Source: a virus. Taken from it: a stretch of DNA of 64,000 nt. The notes under the pieces were generated by a model, which saw nothing but the letters and a program-made list of their open reading frames with translations, searched no databases and had not been told where the DNA came from. The stretch is taken from the IMG/VR virus record IMGVR_UViG_3300045988_102364, one strand, 5' to 3'. The position numbers and the translations under genes are program-made. Shown here one piece after another: positions 10,188 to 18,979 of the stretch; the stretch's first letter is position 1; every line of letters begins with the position of its first letter.

Positions 10188-10256
10188 TACACTTGGGCCT
10201 AATTGAAGAAATAAAAGCAGCATTCATAGATTTCCTGCCGGCAGGAACAGTGCTTT
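10188..10256 (+). terminator. two stem-loops after the flotillin gene (GGCCCAAG..CTTGGGCC and 16-bp palindrome TTCCTGCCGGCAGGAA)
   Basis: Perfect inverted repeats directly downstream of the floT stop; no strong U-run. Confidence 0.35.
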
Positions 10257-10323
10257 ACTAATTACGATATTTTTAACATGGATTTTGGACAAGATTTAGA
10301 ACCAGAAGAACTGACCAAGCATT

Positions 10324-10683
10324 ATGATCAGTGTTATGGAATTGATTTTGAAACAGAAGAAGAGGAGGATGAAGAGTATGACCGATGAGGAATTTGCATT
10401 AGATAATAAGAAAAAGGTTGTTGTAAGAAAAAGAATATCTTATTTAAACAAAGGGGATAAAGTGTGGATCGTGTCTTCCGACGGGTATCTGCTACACACG
10501 GACGTAGTTAGAGCCGAACGCGGACGGTCTTATGTGGATATAGATGGGATTCTGTATTGGAAGCGAGGATTAGATGGCAAGCATCGTAATCGTAATAACT
10601 ACATGCAGTTTGCCATGACACCAGAAGACGGTAAGAAGTATGTCGTATATTACCCGGAAGGATTTAAAGACAATGACTTATGA
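10324..10683 (+). CDS. hypothetical protein (likely start at ATG 10378 after GAGGAGG)
   Basis: ORF with internal SD-ATG. Confidence 0.3.
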   Translation: MISVMELILKQKKRRMKSMTDEEFALDNKKKVVVRKRISYLNKGDKVWIVSSDGYLLHTDVVRAERGRSYVDIDGILYWKRGLDGKHRNRNNYMQFAMTPEDGKKYVVYYPEGFKDNDL

Positions 10684-11699
10684 TGGTCCCGGAAACGCAT
10701 TTGCTATATAAGGAGTTTAATGGTGTAAAACGTCTTGCCATATCTTATTCCCAGATAGATACGTTTCTTACCTGTCCAATGAAATGGTATAAGACTTACG
10801 TAGAGGGCAAAAGGTCTACGGAAAAACAAGAAGCTACGTCTTATGGTACGGTTATCCATAAGACACTGGAATACTTTTTTAAGAACGGAAGACAGCCTTC
10901 TGGTAAAGACCTTGGAGAAGCAATAAGTTACTATGCTTACCAGGAAGACATACCTTGGCAATCACCGGAAAATATGATGATAGCCATGAAGCAATCTGGA
11001 GAGCTTCTTGCTTGGATTATAGATCTATTTAAAAAAGACGGGAATAGGTTTATGATAGCTGATAGTGATCTTAATCCCTGTGAGAAACTCATCAGACACG
11101 GTGCCATAATAGGAGTCGAAGAGGATTTTGTGCTACCGTACCGTCTTCCTAAGCCTGTTAACATAAATGGAGTAATTCATACTCATGTGTACATAGTAGG
11201 ATCGGTAGACCTTCATCTGGCTATAAAAAGCAAGAACGTAGTTCACCATTATGTCATAGATTGGAAATCAGGTAATAAGGTTTTTGATTCTAAGAAGTTG
11301 GAAACAAATTTACAGCATCCTATATATTCATTTTACATCTATAGAAAATATGGTGGAGTTCTGCCAGATATGAACATCTATTTCTTTACCAGGACCAGGC
11401 AGTACCAAAAGGTTAAGGTGGATGAGGAACGTAAAACAAAATCTATAGAGATGCTAAATGACACTTTGTCTAAAATGTATGATTTTGAAGATAATAGTGT
11501 AAAATCATTTCAAGCGTACATCCAGGGAGCAGAAGGAGCCAGGTATAGCAAGCGGCGTGCCACCCTAAGCCAGCCTGTTTCGCAAAACAAGCTACCCTGC
11601 CCGTCAGCACTGTGTTATTATTGCGACTTTGGATTACATAACAAAAACGAATGCCCTTTCTCTTCGGATTGGGATCCGTCTAAAAAGATAAAACGATGA
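10680..11699 (+). CDS. Cas4/RecB-like PD-(D/E)xK exonuclease with Fe-S cysteine cluster
   Basis: N-terminal Cys (FLTCPMKWY), core VIDWKSGNK D-x-K motif, and C-terminal CPSALCYYCDF...C three-Cys cluster characteristic of Cas4-like nucleases. Confidence 0.6.
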   Translation: MMVPETHLLYKEFNGVKRLAISYSQIDTFLTCPMKWYKTYVEGKRSTEKQEATSYGTVIHKTLEYFFKNGRQPSGKDLGEAISYYAYQEDIPWQSPENMMIAMKQSGELLAWIIDLFKKDGNRFMIADSDLNPCEKLIRHGAIIGVEEDFVLPYRLPKPVNINGVIHTHVYIVGSVDLHLAIKSKNVVHHYVIDWKSGNKVFDSKKLETNLQHPIYSFYIYRKYGGVLPDMNIYFFTRTRQYQKVKVDEERKTKSIEMLNDTLSKMYDFEDNSVKSFQAYIQGAEGARYSKRRATLSQPVSQNKLPCPSALCYYCDFGLHNKNECPFSSDWDPSKKIKR

Positions 11700-11838
11700 A
11701 ATACGATGATGTTCAAAAGTTAAGAACAAAATACCGGCAAGATCCGGAAGTTATAAACTTGACATACATGAGAGACGTTGCTGTACGATGCGGGAATTTC
11801 AAGAAAGCGTTTGAGCTTCAGGAGAAGCTGGAGGATAT

Positions 11839-12189
11839 ATGGTTCAACTATTTAAAAGGAGTGTAATGAAAGAAGATCTAATATGTGGAGTAGCGATCCT
11901 TTTGTATTTAGTTTTATTATACTTACTCACGACAGCTTTCATAAAAACAGGTAGAGCAGTAGATCGTTATAAGATGAAGAAGAAAACTGACAAAATCAAA
12001 GTAGGTCAAAGATACGAACATAAGAACTACTTTGAGGATCCATTTGAAAGAGGCAAGCATGTGATTAAGATATTAGACATAAAAGAAGAGTACGCTCTAT
12101 ATGAGTACGAAGAAAAACTATATATACGTTCTTCTGTGAGTCTTGAAGATATTGCTAAAAGATATGTTTTAATTACTGATATAAAATAA
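11839..12189 (+). CDS. hypothetical membrane protein
   Basis: 116 aa with one hydrophobic helix. Confidence 0.3.
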   Translation: MVQLFKRSVMKEDLICGVAILLYLVLLYLLTTAFIKTGRAVDRYKMKKKTDKIKVGQRYEHKNYFEDPFERGKHVIKILDIKEEYALYEYEEKLYIRSSVSLEDIAKRYVLITDIK

Positions 12190-12195
12190 GGGATT

Positions 12196-12582
12196 ATGGA
12201 AAAGAAAGTCACAATCAAAGAAGGGATGGATATTTTTTACAAAAATGCAGGGAAAGGTATATGGGTCTATATTGGACTTTTTGGAAATAAAGTGCTATCC
12301 ATTTTAAAAAACAAAGGTGTTATTGCATGCGAAAACGATGCTGAATATTGCGTGTTGATGGATGGAGAAGATCATTTCATAAGTATAGCAAAAGACATGA
12401 GTCACGACTATTGTTGTGAGTACGTTGTAGAAAGAGCAGAAGCCTACAGAGACTACCCCTCCAAAGGCGCTACATGCAGTGTATGCCTGTTTGAAGATAA
12501 TGAGAATAAAGCAAGGGAGATGTTGAAAGAGGCGATAATAGAACTTTCAAAAAATAATATAATAGATTGTGATGGGCTTTGA
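12196..12582 (+). CDS. hypothetical protein
   Basis: 128-aa ORF. Confidence 0.3.
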   Translation: MEKKVTIKEGMDIFYKNAGKGIWVYIGLFGNKVLSILKNKGVIACENDAEYCVLMDGEDHFISIAKDMSHDYCCEYVVERAEAYRDYPSKGATCSVCLFEDNENKAREMLKEAIIELSKNNIIDCDGL

Positions 12583-13993
12583 ACTTAGACCTTACCAGAA
12601 AGAAGCAGTAGATGCCGGGCTTAAGTTTCTTACAGGAAGATCTAAAAAGCCTGGCATAATAGTAGCCCCATGCGGAGCGGGTAAGAGCCTTCTGATATCC
12701 AAGATAGCACATGAGATAAATAGACCAACGTTAGTATTGCAGCCATCAAAAGAAATTCTGGAGCAGAATTATGCTAAGGCTGTATCGTTTGGCTCCGAAC
12801 CTACTATATACTCTGCCTCATGTGGCGTAAAGGAATTATCGGCTATGACTTATGCTACACTTAAAAGCATAAAGAAAGACGTAGCAAGGTTGAAAGATAC
12901 AGGGATAGATACCTTATTGATAGACGAATGTCATTCAGGATATTCTCCTGAAGAAGGTTCTGAATTTATGGAGTTTATGAGCGAGTTTCCCGAGGCGAAG
13001 GTGCTGGGCTTCACCGCCACTCCCTGCCGCCTCAGAGCCTACAGTTCCATGCTGGAAGGAAACTATAGCAAACTTAATATGCTGACAAAAGACGAGCATA
13101 ACTTCTTCAAGAAGTTAGTTCATGTAATACAAATACAAGAGCTAACTTCTCAAGGTTTTTGGTGTCCACTTAAGTACGAACGATGGTCATTTGATGAATC
13201 GGCTCTGATGTTAAACAGTACCGGAGCCGAATATACCAACGAATCTATTAAAGAAAGCATCGTACGAAATGGCTTAAACAACTCTATCTACAAGCGTCTT
13301 CTTCAGCTTATGAACGAGCGTAAAGCCATTTTGGTTTGTATGGATTCTATCGAATCATGTAATAGAATATCAGAGTTTATGAATGCCAAAATGGGAGCCA
13401 TAACAGGTGTCGTAACATCGCTAACAACCAAAAAGAAAAGAGAGCAAATCATATCAGATTTCAAAGAAGGTAAGTTGAAGGTGGTTTTTAATTATTCAAC
13501 GCTTGCTACCGGATTTGATTTTCCTGAACTTGATTGTGTGATGTTTGGTCGACCGACTTTCTCATATTCAACGTATTACCAAATATTAGGCCGCGCCGTC
13601 CGCATCCATCCTGACAAGAAAGAGGCGCTGATTATTGATTGCTGCGACAACATGAGGCGTTTCGGTCGGATAGAAGACTTGACAATCGAGCAATTCCCTT
13701 CTAAGGGCTGGTGTATGTTTGCCGGCGATCAACTTCTGTCCAATATAAGGATGGGTGATATTATTACCAAAGACGAGATCCTTCGCCGGGCGGCCTCACT
13801 TAAATCTGTGAATGGAGATGGTAGGAGAGAAGACGATCTTGACAGTATAATAATGTGGTTTGGAAAATATGAAGGAATTAGATTCAAGGACATACCGGTG
13901 TCGTATTTTAGGTTCTTGGCTGAGAATATGGCAGTAAAACCGGGAGATAGGAAAGAAAAGATTATCGAATATTATAATAGGATAAAGGCATGA
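12569..13993 (+). CDS. superfamily-2 DEAH-box DNA helicase
   Basis: Motif I GIIVAPCGAGKSL, motif II LIDECH, motif III GFTATPCR, motif VI ILGRAVRIHP; C-terminal FGKYEGIRFKDIP..YFRFL resembles a DUF3820-type tail. Confidence 0.8.
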   Translation: MMGFELRPYQKEAVDAGLKFLTGRSKKPGIIVAPCGAGKSLLISKIAHEINRPTLVLQPSKEILEQNYAKAVSFGSEPTIYSASCGVKELSAMTYATLKSIKKDVARLKDTGIDTLLIDECHSGYSPEEGSEFMEFMSEFPEAKVLGFTATPCRLRAYSSMLEGNYSKLNMLTKDEHNFFKKLVHVIQIQELTSQGFWCPLKYERWSFDESALMLNSTGAEYTNESIKESIVRNGLNNSIYKRLLQLMNERKAILVCMDSIESCNRISEFMNAKMGAITGVVTSLTTKKKREQIISDFKEGKLKVVFNYSTLATGFDFPELDCVMFGRPTFSYSTYYQILGRAVRIHPDKKEALIIDCCDNMRRFGRIEDLTIEQFPSKGWCMFAGDQLLSNIRMGDIITKDEILRRAASLKSVNGDGRREDDLDSIIMWFGKYEGIRFKDIPVSYFRFLAENMAVKPGDRKEKIIEYYNRIKA

Positions 13994-14346
13994 ACAACAA
14001 GAGAAGAAAAAAAATATCGGATGTTATTAACAACGTAAATAAGTATAAAACGGATTTTGAATACATCAAATCAAAGTTGTCGGAGTTGAAGTGCAACATA
14101 AATTCAGCCAAAGATGATGTTGATATGATTTTAGACGAAGAGACTGAGGCGAGAGATAATATACCGGAATCGTTACAAGACTCAGAAAGATATTGGGAGT
14201 CAGATCAGGCTGTAACTGATATGGAGGAGGTGGTTGATGACATGGAAAGTATTATAAATGATATAGATGATGTGATTTCGACCATAGATGGGAGCATTAA
14301 AACCATAAATGGTTCTATTAAAGTAAATTTGGAAGGAATAATATAA
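13990..14346 (+). CDS. hypothetical acidic protein
   Basis: 118 aa, D/E-rich. Confidence 0.3.
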   Translation: MNNKRRKKISDVINNVNKYKTDFEYIKSKLSELKCNINSAKDDVDMILDEETEARDNIPESLQDSERYWESDQAVTDMEEVVDDMESIINDIDDVISTIDGSIKTINGSIKVNLEGII

Positions 14347-14634
14347 ATGGAAACAAATCAATTAAGGGAAATACTTAAATTGTATGGTCTTCAACATGAT
14401 GTTGTTATCAACAAAAGTTCAAGAAGGTATTCTATTATCTTAGACAATAACATAATAGGAACCAATCACGACAAAGAGAGGGTGGTTGTGTTCCGTCCTA
14501 TACCGGAAGGAAAAAACACATTCTGCATGGAGCGAGATAGGTTCTACACGGAGTTTGAAGAAGCTTTTGATGATGATAAAGCCATAGAAGCCGTAAGACA
14601 ATATTTTGAAAACAACAAAAACAGAAAGTCATGA
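14347..14634 (+). CDS. hypothetical protein
   Basis: 95-aa ORF. Confidence 0.3.
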   Translation: METNQLREILKLYGLQHDVVINKSSRRYSIILDNNIIGTNHDKERVVVFRPIPEGKNTFCMERDRFYTEFEEAFDDDKAIEAVRQYFENNKNRKS

Positions 14635-14969
14635 ACGAAAATGAAGTATTTAGATTAAAGGGCAGAATAGCCATATCCAACCTATCACGTGAGGACAAGG
14701 ATATGATAAATAGCATCCTTGATGATATCAATAAAAAGGATGAAGATGAAAAAGGGTATGTCTATACCGTGAGAGTAAAACTAAACAATGGAAAGGTTGT
14801 ACATGCTACTTTATTTTTCAAAGACAAGAAAGGTCCCACATTTGAAGACTTAAAGAAGGAGCTTGATGATATGGGAGTTAAAAGTGATAATTATAGCAAT
14901 AACGGCATAATTATCATTAACCGCATTGTCATGAGCGGAGAAGAATTTGACCGCTTTACAGGAGAATGA
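14631..14969 (+). CDS. hypothetical protein
   Basis: 112-aa ORF. Confidence 0.3.
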   Translation: MNENEVFRLKGRIAISNLSREDKDMINSILDDINKKDEDEKGYVYTVRVKLNNGKVVHATLFFKDKKGPTFEDLKKELDDMGVKSDNYSNNGIIIINRIVMSGEEFDRFTGE

Positions 14970-15013
14970 TGGATTATATTATTATATCAAGCGATTAAAA
15001 CAACGATAAAACA

Positions 15014-15571
15014 ATGGAAAAGATGGACAATAATACTAAAAACATCCTTTATCCAAAAGGATCTATTTTTCGCATGTTGGAAAGTGATGTAATCAGTTCC
15101 GAATTAGAAATAGCCAGAGGAGCTATAGTGGAGGCAGTATCAGACATAGAGGTAGATGATGAATATGCTGAGGTTTGTTGCAATGGAGAGACGTTTATCA
15201 TAGGAACGGACATTATGGGTATTATTCCTGTCAAAGTATCCAGAGAAAACAAATCGGTGAAAAATGACATCATTGACGATAAACTACGATGGGATTTGCT
15301 TCCGATGGAAGAAATTGAGGACATTGTAAAAGTCTATCATGCTGGAGCCAAGAAATATGGGCCTAATAATTGGCAGAATCTTGACAACGGCTTTGAACGG
15401 TATCGCGCGGCAATGTTTAGACACCTGATAGAATACATGAAAGGAGAAAGAGTGGATTCTGATACAGGATGTTTTCATCTTGCACAATGTGCATGGAATT
15501 GTATAGCTATGCTGTGGTATGATAAGCACGGGAAAGGATTAATACCATTAAATAAGGAGGAAAAGAAATGA
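15014..15571 (+). CDS. possible dATP/dGTP diphosphohydrolase-domain (DUF5664-like) protein
   Basis: KVYHAGAKKYGPNNWQN...ERYRAAMFRHL resembles the phage dGTP/dATP pyrophosphohydrolase N-terminal domain; recalled from memory only. Confidence 0.3.
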   Translation: MEKMDNNTKNILYPKGSIFRMLESDVISSELEIARGAIVEAVSDIEVDDEYAEVCCNGETFIIGTDIMGIIPVKVSRENKSVKNDIIDDKLRWDLLPMEEIEDIVKVYHAGAKKYGPNNWQNLDNGFERYRAAMFRHLIEYMKGERVDSDTGCFHLAQCAWNCIAMLWYDKHGKGLIPLNKEEKK

Positions 15572-15876
15572 CAATAGAACAACTAAATTATTTATTAAGA
15601 AAAGAGCTTTATGCTATAAAAAAACATAAAGACAATATTGATAGAATCAAAAAAGAATACTTTGATTCCAATTATGGGTTAAAAGAAGGAGATAAGATCC
15701 GTATTTTACACGAAACAGGAGATGAAATGATAGGCTTCTTGAAAAAAGTTGAAGTATGTGAAGACGGAGATCTGTACTTGACAATCCAAAAACAAAACGA
15801 AAAAGGTGATAGAGGCAGAGGAAAATGGAATATGTATCTATCATCAAAATTAATTAAAATTGAAAAATGTGTATAA
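15568..15876 (+). CDS. hypothetical protein
   Basis: 102-aa ORF preceded by AGGAGG. Confidence 0.3.
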   Translation: MTIEQLNYLLRKELYAIKKHKDNIDRIKKEYFDSNYGLKEGDKIRILHETGDEMIGFLKKVEVCEDGDLYLTIQKQNEKGDRGRGKWNMYLSSKLIKIEKCV

Positions 15877-17060
15877 TGCCATGAGAGTGTTAAGTTTATT
15901 TGACGGAATGTCATGTGGTCAAATAGCGTTAAAAGAAGTAGGGATCACACCTGAAGTATATTATGCATCAGAAATAGATAAGTTTGCTATTAAACAAACG
16001 CAATTAAATTTCCCTAATACGATACAAGTAGGAGATGTAAGGGATTTGAATGTAGAAGATCTTGGACACATAGATCTTATTTTAGCCGGCAGCCCATGTA
16101 CAGATATGTCCTTTTCTGGAAAAAGAAAAGGGTTGTCTACCGTAGAAGGAATAGAAATCAAATCACTTGATGAGTATCTTGAATTAAAAAAAACAAGGAT
16201 TTGAATTTGCCGGTCAGTCTTACTTATTCTGGGAGTTTATTCGTATTTTGAATGATGTAAGAAAAACTAATCCTGATGTGTTGTTTCTTCTTGAGAACGT
16301 TAAGATGGGAAAGAAATGGGAGCCGGTATTCGATGATGCTATAGGGTGTAAAGGCAATCATATTAATTCAGCACTTGTTTCCGCTCAAACCAGGAAACGT
16401 ATTTATTGGACTAATATTCAAGGCGGCATTATCCCTCAGCCTAAAGACGAGGGTTTGACCATAAGTGATATAGAGGAATATGAAGTAGATGAAAAATATT
16501 ACTTATCTGAAAAAGTTTTAAACAATTTAGCTTTTCACTTGAAAAGAAATCACGACAAGGGGAATTATTATGGAGCTAATATTAAAACAAAAGATGAAAA
16601 ATCCAATACTGTTACCGTAAAGGGTAAATACACGTACGATCTTATTTGTGTAGCAATGAGAGGTAGGAATCCAGAAAAACCTACATGTAGAGAATCTGGT
16701 CTTAAAACAGTTCAGATGATTGAATTTAAAAACGATGGAAAATCCAATTGTCTCACAACAGTTCAGAAAGATAATCTTATTTTCCAAATACCAAGAGGAT
16801 TTAACAAAGGTGGATTTCATGAAGATAAGACTCCAACATTATCTTGTAATTCATATGATAGAAACAATTTTATCATACAGAGAACATTACATGGCGATTT
16901 CAGAATAAGAAGATTAACCCCTACAGAGTGCTCCAGGTTACAGACTGTACCAGATTGGTATAAATGGGAATGCAGCGAAACCCAACAGTACAAGATGTTG
17001 GGAAACGGGTGGACTATTAAAGTTATTGAACATATACTTAAAAGAATAAAAGAATCATGA
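15860..17060 (+). CDS. DNA (cytosine-5)-methyltransferase, interrupted by a frameshift in an A8 tract (possible pseudogene or phase-variable gene)
   Basis: Motif I LFDGMSCG and motif IV GSPCTDMS in frame A (15860-16204). After the A8 run at 16186-16193 the other frame continues with QGFEFAGQSYLFWEFIRIL...LFLLENV (motifs V/VI/VIII) and QYKMLGNGW (motif X). Confidence 0.75.
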
Positions 17061-17599
17061 TTAGAGCAAGATTTTACATTAAAAAATCCGACTGCGACAA
17101 CGACTACCGTCCAGTCAAATGGCCTATAAAATATCCATATTGGTGTAGTGCAGAATCCGATAATTCATTTGTATTGGTGGCGTATGCTGAAGATGAAGAC
17201 AGCATAAAAGAACTGTGGCCGGAGGCGTATGATATTAATGTCTTAGAGAAAGATACCGAAATTAAATTCACATTAAGATTTCCTAAGCCTAAATGGTATG
17301 AATTGCAAGAAGAGAGATTAGAAGAGTATGATAAATTATATGGTAAATTCGTATGGGTTACGGACATGTGTCTAAAAGATGGGAAAATAAGAAAGGTAAA
17401 AGCCAGAATAGAAGATTGTGGTGGTCTTTTATTAGCCGACACTCCTGGTCGTTACACCCCTTATCAGATAGGGGATTGTGCTTTTGAAAGCAAGGAAGAG
17501 GCTTTAAAACATGCAGAGGAACAGAGAACGGATTTAATTAAGTCTCTTAGGTTACAAATACTCGAACTTGAAAATCTAAAATTTGAATGCGATGATTAA
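17057..17599 (+). CDS. hypothetical protein
   Basis: 180-aa ORF. Confidence 0.3.
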   Translation: MIRARFYIKKSDCDNDYRPVKWPIKYPYWCSAESDNSFVLVAYAEDEDSIKELWPEAYDINVLEKDTEIKFTLRFPKPKWYELQEERLEEYDKLYGKFVWVTDMCLKDGKIRKVKARIEDCGGLLLADTPGRYTPYQIGDCAFESKEEALKHAEEQRTDLIKSLRLQILELENLKFECDD

Positions 17600-18305
17600 T
17601 TACGCGGCAAAAACCAGAAAAGCTTATTTGATAAACAATTTCGATAAGATTCTTAACAGTCTTAACACGCTTCATTCAACGGTTGAGACCATGACGTTGT
17701 TCGTAAACGACCAGGCTTATAATTACATTCTTAAGCTAAAGGAAGTAATTAAAACCAGTCCTATGTATAAGCACAATATCAAGCGTCTTTTAAATGACAT
17801 GGACAAAGAGATAAAGAGGTACAATGCTTCTATCTACTACATAAATAAAGAGCGTAGTGAGGTTATAGCTGATATAACACAAGCGATGGAAGATTGCCTC
17901 ATGCCATACATAGACGATCTGGCCGGCGCTATAAGGGCAGCCGTGTGGTCGAGGGGTGTGTCCGAGGAGCGGACGGAAGCGGCGGTACTGTCCCTAATCG
18001 TATCCTCCTTGGCCACGACATCAGGCAGACTTATCTCAGGTGGATATCAGATCATGAAAGAAATGGGTGGAGGTCAAGGTGGTAATCCATTTACGTTTAT
18101 GAGCATTGATAAGATAAGACACTTATCTACATCATTATCTGATGCTATTACCGGTGGAGAAATAGCTCTTGAAGAAAAAGAAGCCAATGACATAACTAAG
18201 GCAATGGATGTTTTTATTGAGAAAATGTCTGATTCGGATATTGTTGATAAGGTGATCAGCATACTCGAAGAGGCAGAATCTAAAAATAAGGAGGAGCGAT
18301 CGTGA
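17583..18305 (+). CDS. hypothetical protein
   Basis: 240-aa ORF; contains a GC3-rich codon patch at about 17905-18030. Confidence 0.3.
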   Translation: MNAMINYAAKTRKAYLINNFDKILNSLNTLHSTVETMTLFVNDQAYNYILKLKEVIKTSPMYKHNIKRLLNDMDKEIKRYNASIYYINKERSEVIADITQAMEDCLMPYIDDLAGAIRAAVWSRGVSEERTEAAVLSLIVSSLATTSGRLISGGYQIMKEMGGGQGGNPFTFMSIDKIRHLSTSLSDAITGGEIALEEKEANDITKAMDVFIEKMSDSDIVDKVISILEEAESKNKEERS

Positions 18306-18396
18306 ATTATTTGGATGGGTATGTAGAAGAAGTTCTTTCTGAGCCGTACTATGATGATTATGGCTCTGGAATTTTTAGGTGGTGGGTGGAAGTATC

Positions 18397-18852
18397 TTAC
18401 ATTTGTGTCAGTTGAGGTACTTGATTGGATCCTTCTGTAATAAAGAAATAATAAAAAACGTCTCCAATCGTAAACTGTAATATAATATCACCTGTTACCT
18501 GTCCTTCATTAAAGTAAGCCTGGATATATTGTCCAGAATTTGATATCGTACAACTTATAGGATTACCGCCCATCGTACATACCTTGCTATTATTAATTTC
18601 ATCTAAAACATAGGAAGCCGCCATAGTTGCTCCATTAGATCGGTATCTACAACCAAGAATAGGTACAGGATTTCGCCATGTGGTTGTAGGGGCCGAAATC
18701 GAACAAGCAAAAACAGGGATCTTGACGCCGGCAACTGTCTTAATATTTTCAAATCTTCGTCTCATGATTTTTGTTTGCAAGATAGCAATAATTGACAACA
18801 TAAAAGAAACCGGTTCCCTATCATCTCTGACTGAGAACCGGTAAGAAAACAA
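18397..18852 (-). CDS. hypothetical protein
   Basis: 151-aa ORF; first gene of the convergent minus-strand block. Confidence 0.3.
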   Translation of the reverse strand: MFSYRFSVRDDREPVSFMLSIIAILQTKIMRRRFENIKTVAGVKIPVFACSISAPTTTWRNPVPILGCRYRSNGATMAASYVLDEINNSKVCTMGGNPISCTISNSGQYIQAYFNEGQVTGDIILQFTIGDVFYYFFITEGSNQVPQLTQM

Positions 18853-18979
18853 TTTCAGAAAAAATTAAACCTACATAATCTTTCAAGTAAGAACAAAAAA
18901 ACGTACAATCTACTCTTTGACGATGCTAATATAACATATTGGAATCATACAAAAACAATGCAAGTCCGATATTCTTCGT

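Noticed and set aside
17894-18085. Overlapping ORFs such as 17894-18085, 6018-6212, 29216-29500, 32503-32793
   Set aside because: Opened in alternative frames by local GC3-rich patches; Arg/Gly-rich junk translations
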